From Marsupella aquatica (Eukaryota > Plantae > Marchantiophyta), in NCBI GenBank assembly GCA_973895155.1, contig OZ316894.1:991968-1055967 (forward strand): DNA of 64,000 nucleotides. Direction: 5' to 3'. Position numbers and translations under genes: made by a program. Positions 1-12,320 of the stretch are shown one piece after another (position 1 is the stretch's first letter; every line of letters starts with the position of its first letter). The notes below the pieces were generated by a model. The model made no database searches. It was not told where the DNA came from and was given only the letters and a program-made list of their open reading frames with translations.

Positions 1-410
1 TTGGGGCAACGACACGGCTCGGCCGACTTTTCAACGGGCCTTTTTTCCTACCCCTTGCATCCCCAAACCCCATTGGTAACCCCAGATTTTTGGTTACTTT
101 AAGCATTTAACTTAAAGTCGACGTGGCCGCTTACTTGGCTTTGGCCGCCCCAATGCCGAGACCCCTTGGGGAAACGACACGGCTTGGCCGACTTTTCAAC
201 GGGCCTTTTTTCCTACCCCTTGCATCCCCAAACCCCATTGGTAACCTCAAAGTTTTGGCTACTTTAAGCGTTTAACTTAAAGTCGCCGTGGCCGCTTACT
301 TGGCTTTGGCCGCCCCAATGCCGAGACCCCTTGGGGCAACGGCATGGCTTGGCCGGTTTTTCAACATGCCTTTTTCCTACCCCTTGCATCCCCCAACCCC
401 ATTGGTACCT
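1..410. repeat. Tandem repeat, ~165-bp unit, ~2.5 copies visible, runs off the window start
   Basis: GTGGCCGCTTACTTGGCTTTGGCCGCCCCAATGCCGAGACCCCTTGGGG occurs at 123 and 288 (period 165). TTTTCCTACCCCTTGCATCCCC occurs three times. Confidence 0.9.
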
Positions 411-1098
411 CGTCCAAGCTTACTCGGCTCCTTACTCGCCAACGCCACACTCCCTTGGGGTGGTGGTGTGGTTTGCAACACTTTCCAACTTGGATGCTTG
501 AGAGGAGGTGGTCCCCTCATATATGCTTCTGGGGATTTTTCACTGTGGACCACAATTACTCCTAATATTTTGGCCCCCAACCCATGCGTTTTTGAGGTTT
601 AAAATGGGTGGCAAGTGATCACGGCAGGGCCGCGGGCTCGGCGGGGAGTTTGAACCATTGGAAGCAAGGACAGGAGTTCACTTAGGGCCGAGTACACCTG
701 GCCTGAAACTGGTTGTTGTTCAGTGCGCCTGGACCAAACACCCCAGAGTGGCCCGGCCGGTGGCACTTCATGCGCCTGGACCCAACTGGTTTCGAGCAAG
801 CACGCCAGGAGTCGCGGAGGGCGGTTTGGCGGGGAGGAATGGCAGCGGCGCTCATCAGTCCATGGTCCAGGCAAGTCGGGGCCGTGTGGCTCTGCTTGCG
901 AGGGCGAGTCAAAGGCCGCAACTCAATGACTGTGACTAATTTGGGCCCAGGCGCGGAGCGGCAAGCCCAGGAGGAGCGAAGGGCCCGAGTAAAAAAATGG
1001 CAGAGTTGAGGGGCAAGTCGGGGCACGGAGGGAGGAAGGGAGAGACGGCGACTCGCAGGCGAGTGGTCAGCCGACGAAGGCAAGGAATCACCCTGTCA

Positions 1099-1470
1099 CA
1101 GGTGCGAGTCAGTCCAGGCGTGGGGGAAAACTGAGTTGTGGCCGCACGCGCGTCAGCCGTCAGTCCACAGAGGGGAGTCGCAGAGGTGGAGGGTAGTCGT
1201 AAGCAGGAGGGGGTCGCAAGAGGAGGGAGGCGAGTTGGGAGGGAGGCGGAGGCGAGTTGGGAGGGAGGCGAGTTGGGAGGGAGGCGAGGTGCGAGTCAGT
1301 CCAGGCACGGGGGAAAACTGAGGTGCGGCCGCGCACGCGTCAGCTGTCACTCCACGGAGGGGAGTCGCAGAGGTGGAGGGTAGTCGTGAGCAGGAGGGGG
1401 TTGCAAGAGGAGGGAGTCGCGAGGAGGGAGTCGCGAGCAAGAGGAGGGAGGCGAGTTGGGAGGGAGGCAC
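1099..1470. repeat. GC/purine-rich direct duplication, ~187-bp unit, probably TE-internal
   Basis: AGGTGCGAGTCAGTCCAGGC..GGGGGAAAACTGAG at ~1100 and ~1287, with nested GGAGGCGAGTTGGGAG subrepeats. The overlapping ORFs are low-complexity. Confidence 0.8.
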
Positions 1471-2805
1471 ATCGCGATGGCAAGGCGAGAGGGGGTGACC
1501 ATGGTGAGGCAGGGAGACCCGAGGCGGGGGTCCGAAGGCGCAGGAGACCCGAGGCAAAGCAAGGCGGGGGTCGCGAGGCGGTGGGAGGCGCGGCAGTGGG
1601 AGGGCCAGAGGTGCAAGGGGTGGTGCGGGTTGCGAGGGAGAGCGAGAAAGGAAGGGAGGGCGAGGAGGGAATCGTGGGGGAGAGCCCGGGACTTCATCGC
1701 GGCACAGTTGCCAAGGAGAGTCGGAGTGAGGCAGGCCAGCAAGGTGGTAGTCAGAGCGTCGCGGCGAAAGAAGGGTGGCACGGCGTTGCAGCGACAGAAG
1801 GGTGTCACGGCAAGTCGGGAACATAGCGGCGAGGAGTAGTGGGTCGTCGTCTTTTTTCCCTTTATTGCTTTCATCTTTTTGTTTCCAATTTTTTCACCCA
1901 CCAAATTCAAATGACGACCACGGGAAAAAAGGGCGCAACGTTGTATTATAGTTTCTGATACCTCCCAACAGAGATACCAAAGTTGATCTAACCTTGTCTG
2001 ATCCACAAACTGAATTGACTGGATCCACAAATGCAATATTTGTTCAGTTTAGGTATTCTTTCCTTTTTAGTGGTATGTCACAACCATTTCCTCTTCAATT
2101 GCATCCTCTGTTGTTTGTGATACAACAAACACAAACTATGGCATCGACACTAGCCAAGAGAATGTAATGTCCATTTCATCGTCATTTTAGGGGTTCTCTT
2201 GTCACTTGTCTATTTAGTGGCGGCCAAGTTATAAACTCAGTAAAATTCAAGGGACTTCAAAGCACCACAAATCAATAAAAGAACCCATATAAGGTTGTTT
2301 GGCCATGATAGACAAAAACATGACATACAAGTCATTTTATAAAGTGCAAAAACTTGGCATAGCAGTCAACAAAGTAACATTGTACCCCTCCAGTCTAAAC
2401 ATGCTAACCATTGCATAAAAGGCTAGAACACTATGGGTGCCAGGTCTCGGCCCTTCTCATGGAAATTGTCCCTGCAACATTGGTATGGAATAAATTAGCA
2501 TAGAGGTAAGGAAGGAGATACCCTAATTTACAAGATGGATCCATTGCAAACTATACGTTTTCTAATAATAAAAATCCTGAACAATTTTTCACTCACATGA
2601 GATATGCTAGCCGAGGTCTTATATGGAGGTCTCACTCCATATGCACGCTGACTTTATGTGGACACAATACTTGGGTGGTACTGTCTCCACGGGATGCCAT
2701 GAAATCATCCTGCAACAAAACTGAGTATAATTAGAATTATGATGAACACACCTTATATCCACACATTTTCTTGTAGTAGTCATAATTATTGAATGGATTT
2801 TTACC

Positions 2806-4400
2806 TCATGAACTTGACACTCCATAAATGCGCTCACTAGTGGCATCCTTCCAACTAGTGGTCCGGTCCACCAATACTCGTGTTCGGGCAGGATGCTCTC
2901 TGACTGCTGTATTCACAGGTGTGCGATCATATATCTTCCAAACATGTCTTATTATATTCTTGTTCCAATCCATGGCAGCACAAACAAACGGGCCTCATGG
3001 CTTGCCAAGAAATGAATACGCTTGGTGACATACTTGCCCATGACAGAATGGTAGGTCTCTGACATAAAATTTTCTCGGGCCATGGTATAAAACCTCATCT
3101 TCGCAGGAGTAATGTATTTCTTCATGAATTTTTGCATAGCCTTGTGAGTCTCCCCACCTACATGCACAAAGTACAAAAAGTCAATAAAAAGTCATGCATG
3201 AAAGTTCAACCATGCTAACATTTGTCATAAGTCACAAAAGGGGGTCACACAATTATTTACCTCTTTCATAGTAATGGTCAAGCTGGATAGCTCCTGCTTC
3301 CTCAAGGTGCTGACAAGGTCTGTTAGATAATCTCGCACATAAGCTATGATCCCCGGCCCAATGATCACCACAGTTGCTCAACTCCAAGGCCAGAGATGCA
3401 GCGTCCCCCCCACTGCATATTGTACATTCTATAGTCAATATGGGTAAAATAAACCTGAACCAAGCCAACATTAGTATTTACACAATATATCAAATTCAGA
3501 AGTCACCTCATATCAACACTATAAATACCTGCTCTTACATTGTCAACAACATACATAAAACCAGGTCTTGAACTTTGTGGCAATGTTGTGTTGAGACAAC
3601 TCTGGGTACTTGAGACCACGTGTCGGAATATGTACTAGTTCACCTGGAGGCAACCCGCGCATGTCGCCAACTTTGTGAATTCAGAGTGCTTCTTTCCTAA
3701 GGGTTGAATACCCTCTCACTCCCCCTGCCTTGAGCCAATCCTGTAACTTCTTAGCGGTTATTGCTTGCAACTCCGAACGAGTTGCGGCAGTATCAATGTC
3801 AATAGTCACAGTGTATGTGGCGCTCACCATCTTGTCCACAAACTTCTTGACAAGGTTTTTGGCCTTATGCCACAAGTCCTTCTGGTTCCTAATCTCCATG
3901 TCCTCCACAATATTATCAATAGTGGCCTTGTCATCATGGATAACCTCTACGATAGAGATGCCAGCCTCTCTCAGATTATCCAATGCCCTCTTTGTACCCT
4001 TGTCCTCCATGTGCCAAGCATTTCTCTCCTCTCGCCTAGTAATTGTGACCATCTCAATTACCCTATTATCTTCCATGCTCAAAATAGAGGTGGTACCATG
4101 ATAACCGCTCCGAGAAGATACCCATCGAGTATCCACATACACTACTAACCCAGGGTCTGTCATACCAATACATATATACAAACTATTAGAATCAAAAGTC
4201 ATCATGACCTAAGAAGACTTTGACCCTTGAGTCACTAGAAAAATTCAAAAAGGCTAAAATGAATTACTTACTAGTCTCAGTCGCTCGCCTCTGCTGAATA
4301 GTATCCGCCAATTGCTGCCACATATGCCTTTTGTTATCTTCCCATTGCTGTCTCACAGCTGCTATCCATCCACCCCGAGGACGACCACGACCACTCTGAA
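2806..4400 (-). mobile_element. Degenerate intron-containing DDE transposase gene, Kolobok-type (Mutator-related)
   Basis: Spliced minus-strand translation gives motifs in Kolobok order: WIAAVRQQWEDNK | VVYVDTRWVSSRSGYHGT..SMEDNRVIEM..AWHMEDKGTKRAL..VIHDD..KDLWHKAKNL..WFYVCC | DHWAGDHSLC | ENFMSETYHSVMGKYVTKRIHF..HEARL..AAMDWNKN. GT-AG junctions are visible. In-frame stops and a frameshift are present. TIRs and TSD were not identified. Confidence 0.7.
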
Positions 4401-5040
4401 TTAGGCAGGATGGTTGGAGGACAGCCCACATGTGAGTGGCTTAGGTGTTGATTTTCATTCACCCTCTTGCCCCCTACCCCCTACCCCCATTCTGGCAAAT
4501 GGGGGTATGCAGTACAAGTGGCCAATTGCTCTATCCCCCCCCCCCCTCAGTTTTTGCAAGAATGATGGTGAAGGGTTGGCAGGGGAGTGAATGGAAATCA
4601 ACTCTTCCCCCCACCACCTTCTCGTGTGAGTTGTGACTGAAAAAGATAGTTCAATATCCCCCAAACTAGTCGAAATTACTCACCTACCCCAAAACTACTT
4701 TAATGATCAGGTTGGCCCCCATTTCACGTGGGCTAGTTTAACCAGGCTAGAGTAACCTAAGATGATTATTATGTAATTGGTCTGGAAACATGCAGAGGCT
4801 CATAATCTGTCCAAGCTGACCCCAACAACAGAAATATGGAGAGATGAGGGCAACCAGAATGGAAAGATATGCTTAATAGACCCCCTACTCAAATAAGTTT
4901 AATTCATAAACCCCCTTTAAATGTTCTTGCCCATATACACCGACCCCTCTTAATGAGCCATACTCTTTATTCTTGTTTTGGTCCTTCTAAAGCAAGAATT
5001 TGGGTTACTAGGACCAAATTTTGTCAATAGTGGCTACAGG

Positions 5041-5198
5041 CTGTGCCCGATCGAACTGTGCCCGATCGAACTGCAGGCCAATGGGGCTGGTCACCGTCAA
5101 CGGCGCTGTTGCAACAAGGCACTCATTTTTGCACAGGCCGTGAATGGGGCTGGTCCTCGTCAACGGCACTGTTGCAACAAGACACTCATTTTTGCACC
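5041..5198. repeat. Short tandem duplications (15-bp x2, ~63-bp x2)
   Basis: CTGTGCCCGATCGAA x2; AATGGGGCTGGTC..CGTCAACGGC.CTGTTGCAACAAG.CACTCATTTTTGCAC x2. Confidence 0.8.
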
Positions 5199-5739
5199 TC
5201 TGAAGATGAGGTTAGGGTTATTACAAAGTAATAGGCTAATAGGGCATGTCAAAGTTTTCTCCTAACCAATCTGTTAGGCTTTATTTTGTTTGGACATATA
5301 AAGTTTGTTTATGGGATATGTGGGTCCAGAGAGACATGACTTTGTGGTAGTTCATTTGAGTAGAGACTGATAGGTCTTGAGTTCAAGTGTTCTGGACTGA
5401 TTCTTCCCAATTATTGTGACTGACTCTTCCCTTTCGGTTTCACAAATTTCCCCAAAAAAAAAAGAAAAAAAAAGAAAAGAATAAAAATTTATGAGATATG
5501 TATTTTGGTAGCCAATAGTGATTTTGTCCACTTTGAATAGTCCTAACATATTAGGAAAACAAAAAGAAAACCCTTAAAAACTAAGCCACTAGAGCCCCGT
5601 CCAACAACCTGAAAAAATGTGCATTGCACTCTGTGCGTGCAGCTCCTCGAGCAACAGTCTGCGCATCACCTTTCAATCCCCGAGCAACCTTCCAGTGGTT
5701 GTTTGATTGATTGCCATCAGAAAGACGAACAGCCCTGCC

Positions 5740-8309
5740 ATGGCGCTCCAACCCCTGCGATCAGCTTTGGCCGTTCTGAAGGAGAAGGGTGTGGGTGGAG
5801 CTTTCCGGGAAGCCAAACGCAGAGGATTCCTGTGAGTTCGGTGCTCTCCTCTCCTCTCCTGTCCTCTCCTGATTGTTCGGCAACAAACCTACCCATCCTC
5901 ATAATTGTTCTCGATGTCATTTCGCGCTGCCTGCTTTCGGATTTCTGATTTGCATGATATCATTCTGTCGGGTTCCGTCCAAGCGCCGCTCTCCTTCTCA
6001 TCTGGTTTGCGATCCCTCGATTCATGCCTCGCAAGTTAGGCTTCAAAGTCTGTGAATCTGAAGGAACGATAATTATGAAGTTGTCGAGATGCTATGAGAT
6101 GTGATCAGGGGGCTGTTGCCATTGCAAAAGGGTTTTGCGGAATTTGTGCTAGGTTTTTTGAGACCTAATTGGGACGCCATATAGCTCTGTTTCCAGCCCT
6201 CTCCGACAGCCAGTCCGCTGTGGGAGTGTTGGTTGTTCTGATACCTCAGTTTAGGTGTATCTGCTGTCAAAAGGGTAGTTAAGTTGAGGTAAAGCATGAC
6301 TATAATGTGGACATATTGAGAAATTTAAAGTCAAAAAGTCTTAAAGGACGCCTAGTGAATTTCGTTGTCGTCGATGGAGTCGTTCTTAATTTTTCTTGTG
6401 CGGCACTGCTAAGAAGTTTGTAGAAATGATGATGAACTTTTCCGAGTCTAACCTTTATGTAGAGATTGCCTTTTGGCATTGTCTATCAGTCTAAGTAGTC
6501 CTACTTTGGGACTAGCGACGTCTAGCTGTTAGATCTGAGCGGGGGAGCTTTCCTGAGATTCTAAGTTCTAGGCCATTGGAATTAGTTTCAGAGTTTGGAT
6601 CGACTCGATCGTTTTCTCTGAAGTTGGCTGCATTGTTCGTCGGAGCGTGACCCTTCTCGTTTTCCATTGTATATCAGTGTTCTCCTTATCTCATTGGAAT
6701 GCGGAACTTTCTATTGAGGATTCTAAAAATGAGGAATGTTTTACCACAGCCGCAAGTAAGGCCCTTGAAGACAACTTGACGTTTGCCAACATTTTCTTCA
6801 CGGACTTGTGGTTCCCGATCGTTAGAACTTCTTTGATGATTCTCCATCTGGTCTGTTCTTCTGTCCGTCAGCCAGCTAACCTAACCCATCTCTCGCATCT
6901 TATGCTATTGTCTGCTGAATATCTCTGAAGCACAGCTTCGAACTGATTTCTGCTAACCATGTAAACTGATCCATTGCATGACGTATCGTGCACACAGGAA
7001 AGGGTTGTTGGATGGAAACCTCGGGTGAGTGCTTCTCCTCAAGTTGATGCGACGTGTAATTCACTACTCTTATAGACATAGGCTTTGTTGTTCATGAGCA
7101 TGCAAGTATGCGAGCCACTAGCTCTAGCATGGGATCTGGTGAGAATCTCTTTGTTGACTAGTTCAACTGGCCTCCTTGACTACTGACCTCACGGATTGGC
7201 TTGGAACGCATCTACCTAACTCAAGCTGAGCGAATGTGATATTAACTTGGGATAGAGACCTGGTATACAGGAACGCAGTTTTTCGACTGGGTGGCGTTAA
7301 ACTCGTTGGAGTCGATGAAAATGGGAACCAGTACTTCGAGAAGATTGAAAATACGCAATTTGGTGGGTAGCCTTGTCACATTTACATGATTGTTCTTTAT
7401 GTGGTGTTGGTTGTTACGTTATCGTCATTAGGGGTGATCATTTCTAGAGTTGTTTAGTGCCTATTCCTTCTAATACTGTGGTGAATCCAACTCACTGCTC
7501 AATTATTCTCTCTTATTAGCCTTCGCTAAGGATAAAGGCTTTAACCGTTCAAGTCCCAGCTGAGAAGTGAACATAGTTGTGACATTTTCTCGCTTATGTT
7601 TTGGTTGTGTTGATACAGGAAGAAACAGGTGGGTAGTTTATGCGGATCCGATGTATAATGCATCTGCGGTTCCACCTGAGTGGCATGGGTGGTTGCATTA
7701 CGTAACAGATCATAAGGCCGACGAGGTCTGCTTCTACCCTTTGTGTAAATTTGTCATAACTAGGTAGTGATCGATTAGTCATTTTGTTTTGGAAAGTGTT
7801 GGAGAAGAGAATGGACTAGTTTTGCCTCCTACTCATATATGCACTTTTGTGAGTTGTCAGCCTTGATAGTTACAATTGTAGCTGCTTGCTTGCAGAAAAT
7901 AATGTATTCTGAAGATTAAAATGTAGGTTTCATTTCAGTTTTGCGTGTTGAAAACTAACAAGGGGTTAGACCCTGTCTCCAAGATTAATTTACAAATACA
8001 GTAGCTCCAGAACCACAGCAATGTGAAAAAACGAAATGGAAGCTGCTCAGAGAGGATTTCCTGAGGCCCAAGTTTGCTCTACTTGAATCTCTGTAATCAA
8101 AATTTACGCTCACTGAACTAACATCCTTGTCTCATTCATGTGAACAGCTCGTGGGCCTGAAACCCAGCAGATACGGACTAGAGCATACGAGGAACAGAAC
8201 TGGGGAAGGTGAAGAATTTATCTATCATGCGAAAGGACATGCTCTCAATCCGTCTAAACGGGATTGGAAGCGATATGAATCATGGCAACCAGCAGTAAAG
8301 GATGCCTGA
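5740..8309 (+). CDS. NDUFA12: NADH dehydrogenase (ubiquinone) 1 alpha subcomplex subunit 12 (B17.2), 159 aa; exons 5740-5831, 6998-7024, 7271-7362, 7619-7725, 8148-8309
   Basis: Spliced product MALQPLRSALAVLKEKGVGG..LLDGNLG..KLVGVDENGNQYFE..TQFGRNRWVVY..YNASAVPPEWHGWLHYVTDH..KPSRYGLEH..GEGEEFIYHAKGH..RYESWQP. All introns are GT-AG, phases are consistent, and the exons total 480 nt. Confidence 0.96.
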
Positions 8310-9419
8310 CAAACAGTGACAATTTGAGTATGATATTTCTCAATGCCCATTCTTGCCAATATTGGTGCTTTCTGTGACATCTTAGGGTGACCCGTCTCCC
8401 TGACCAGCTTTGAGGCGGTATTTCGGATGATGAAGTGATAAGAAGCAGGCGTTGGATCCTTGGCACAGTCTCATGTGTACAGTATAAATGTTCCTAAGGT
8501 GACAACTGCATGTGAACATTATCACATGACTTCGTAACCATTGCATTCGATTTGCAAGAGCATTGAGTCTTAAATAGGGCAACTTGAACCAGAAAGTGCT
8601 ATTACGACTCGAGCTTGGTGCGAGCAAAGACGGTATCAAATAAAGGAGAGAATTTCCACTCTCCAAGACGAGGACAAGTTCTACGTCTCTCGGATCTGAA
8701 GCAGAGTGCCAACTCACCGTGCATAAACCAATGGCTGGTTGGTATTTGTCTATTGATGATAACCTGATTCTGGTAACCGATGCGCAATTCTGTTTGGCTT
8801 TATGCGTCACTCATTAACGATTTTCAATTCCTGAGAATTTGTCATGGGATCTTTGGATGCATATTCTTTTCATTATTTTTCTGAGTTATTAAAGGGTTTC
8901 GAGGGGACGAGTAGATTATGGTTTTATGCTGGCCGGGAAGCTGGCAGTTATATAAAGGTTTGCTGTATTAGATTGATATTTTTTACGAATTAAGCACATA
9001 TTACCAATGTTCTGTTTAGGATGAAGTGCAAACCGTGTTTGCTAATCTTCGAGCGTGATCTTCATAACAGTAACTGAATATCATGGGGTCCAATTGCTAA
9101 ATAAATCACATAGCACCGGGGTGAGCATGGAGCGAGATGGGGTGGTTGATATGCTTGAGTGCATCTCCAATTCCCCATATTAAAAGTACTTGATTCTCGT
9201 AGTTTCCAAATTTGATTAAGTAATGACAGTAAAGGTTTCAGTATCCGGGGGGATGGTGTTGGTAGTTGCCTGCAAGATTGTAAAACCTTTTTGTCCTTCG
9301 CCAAGCCTTCATAGTAACTCATCCAGACTTATCCACGAGCTCCATGCTCTTTCCTTTTCGGCCCACAGGCAGGAGGTTGGTGCAAATCAAAGCTGGGAAA
9401 GCCTGACGAGAGCAGCTAT

Positions 9420-9930
9420 CTGAGCACATGCCAATCCCTTCCATATCAGTGAGCATCCCATTGCTTAGCTAATCAGAGGTAGTATGTGTGGTTTCTAGTA
9501 CTCTCGTTAGATCTTTCTCGAAATCAATCTGAGCACAAGGCACGCCCTTTCATATCAGTGAGCATCCAGTGCTTTGGTTATCTATATAACTAATCGTGAA
9601 GAGAAGCTAGAGCTGGGTGGTAGGCTTCCAGAGTGAAGCCTCTGGACTGTGAGCATTCCATGCTTTGGTTATCTATATAACTAGTGGTGAAGAGAAGCTA
9701 GAGCTGGGTGGTAGGCTTCCAAAGTGAAGCCTCTAGGAAGTGAGCATCCCATTTTTTTTAGTTTATTTATATAACTCATGGGGAAGAGAAGCTAGAGTTG
9801 GGTGGTAGGCTTCTAGAGTGAAGCTTCTGGACTGCCGCATGGGCCCCACCAAAATTTATGTGGATGAAAAGAAGTAAGGGATATTGGGGCCCACCAAAAT
9901 TTATGTGGATGAAAAGGGATATTGTGGATG
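9420..9930. repeat. Composite tandem repeat: 91-bp unit x3 (9558, 9649, 9740) plus shorter duplications
   Basis: GTGAGCAT..TATATAACT..GAAGAGAAGCTAGAG.TGGGTGGTAGGCTTC.A.AGTGAAGC.TCT repeated. CCCACCAAAATTTATGTGGATGAAAAG x2 follows. Confidence 0.85.
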
Positions 9931-12239
9931 ACAAAATGATGATTATGTATGATAATTGTTGTCCTCATTTTTTCTAATATTCAAAGAATGGGTATTCAGG
10001 CTAGTAAGGTATAGGCTAGTAAGGTATAGTATGTAAATATCTACCACTCTTGCTAGACCATTTTTGAAATATAAACCACACTTGGTCATGAGAGATAGTT
10101 TATAAAATTTGTCGCCTACCAGTATTGTTAGGATGTTGTTATCCCATAAATGTAGTTCTTAGTTTGTTTTCCTCATTCACCATAATGATGAACATTGGTC
10201 TTTGTTAGAATATTCCTAAATGCAATTCCATTCTTAAGCATGGGTATGTGAAGCGAGATATGAAGGTGATTAGGATACATTAGCCTTGCAACAATATTTA
10301 TATATGTGTTCTACCCACATTCACTTCATTCCCACTTCATTTGCAAAATCGCAGCACATATTTTTGAGCTCTTTGTTGGATTGGGCCCTGCCATCCACTA
10401 GTTTAAGATTGGACTCTTCTTGAACCTTTAGCTTTTGTTTCAAATGGAACCTTTTACTAACGAGTAAAACTTAATACAAGGGACAAGTTCACCCACAAAC
10501 ATAAACGAGCTGAGGAGCCAACTAAGTCAAGGTGAGTCAAACCTTTAGCTTTAATTTCCGCAGGGGCTTAGTTGCCATTCTCAGCAAAGTTGTCAATGGG
10601 GAGCTTACAAAAAATCAATTGACAGCATACAAAATCTGAGCTGACTCAAAGGGCCCACACTTGTCAAGAGGGAGCTCACAGAAACCAACATCATACAACA
10701 TAATTTAAAGGGCCATACACAACCTATCAAGAGGATGCATACATTAATCAACATCATACAATATCTGAGCGAATTCAAGCCCCCACACATGAAATCCTTG
10801 GAAGTCGCTCACAAACACAAAGTTTTGAGGGATCAAGTATGGAAACCAAAGGGTATCATTAACCTGAGAGCAACGAGGAATTTTTGTCCTGCTACAAGGA
10901 CAAATTGGAACACTATTCCTCCCAGTACCCTAAAAATAACTTTGAGGTACTCAAACTTAGATTTAGGGTTTATGAGGGAAAAGCCCTACAGATCCACCAC
11001 TTTGCTAGCATAACCTTGGGTTTTACTACTTGAAATTTTGTGTCACCTTCATATTACCCAATATTTGGACTCCTCTTTTGCATTGGCCAGTAAAGTCACT
11101 AGCCATACGGACTCCTAGAAATTAATTAGAAATCCATATGCATAAAGAAGCAAGCTAACAATACCCTTCCTTGCTAGCAAAAATTCATGTTTGCTCGCAT
11201 CTTAGAACCCTTCCAAGCCAAAAACCAAATTGATAAACAGCCCATATGAACTTCTGGTAAACCATGGTGAGCAGGTTCCAGACAAAGTAGACAAGCATAA
11301 TAGATAACAAGAGAACGGATATAATTACCTCCAGCAGATGATAAGGCTAGGCACTCGACTATTGAATCTGGAACAGCCAGGTTTCAAAATAGTTATACAG
11401 GTGCTTTGCTCAGATCCAAGGCCGTCATGAAAAGGTCCTATATATGTCTTTCGTTGTGAGTAATCTGGCCATCAACCTAATATGTTACACCTTAATTGGA
11501 AGCACGTGGCTTTGAATGATGACCAAGATCGACCAGCCTGAAATTCGAGAGTAGAGGCCACTTTGCCTCTGACTCAATTCAGAAGCTCCAGAAGGACCTC
11601 AAATGGACTCCGACCTCTCCATTGACTAGCGATGGTGAGACGGTTTCACATGACTAGAGGCAACAGATCACGATCATGCCTTTTCAATTCTAACTTCGAG
11701 TATCCCGAACAAGCTTAGAGCATAGTCTAATCCTCGTAAATAATGTTGATTTACAGTTTGAGCTTGACATATATTGCTAACGAAGACCAGCTTAGTTAGT
11801 GAATCCCATGCAAGATCAGTTTGTAATGTAACAGGGTAGGCTCCGTAGGTGCATGAATTCATGTCTGAGAGAAGTTTGATCCAAATGATTCGAATCTGAA
11901 TTGATTAAGGCGCTCCAATTCAAAGTGGGGCAAGCAAGCGAACGGGAACTTCAAGAAACAAGAGGAGGTGGTTGTTCCATAGCTAGAAAGTACGGAGGAA
12001 GCACAGTCTTTGCCTCAGGAATCAAGTTTCTAGATGTAGGCTACGCTCGTTGCTTGTCACAAATCCAACATTCAATGACATTGTCAAGTCTTTCCCAGGG
12101 CCTGTTAGACCATCTAGCTAATTGGCTCTTTCTTCGCAAAACCTCCAAATCTTGAGTGGATGGCCTGGTTAGCTCTCTACTGTCTACCTACTAGTCTACT
12201 ACAGGAGTCAGAGCTCATGTTTGCTTACATGAAGAAAGC

Positions 12240-12320
12240 ATGTGCAAGACTTGTATTGTAAGCTTTCTAGCAAAGAAAGTATGTGCAAGACTTGTATTGT
12301 AAGCTTTCTAGCAAAGAAAG
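12240..12320. repeat. Tandem duplication, ~41 bp
   Basis: ATGTGCAAGACTTGTATTGTAAGCTTTCTAGCAAAGAAAG x2. Confidence 0.85.

Noticed and set aside
599-2036. Numerous long overlapping ORFs
   Set aside because: They are by-products of GC-rich, low-complexity repeats, and no domain is recognisable.
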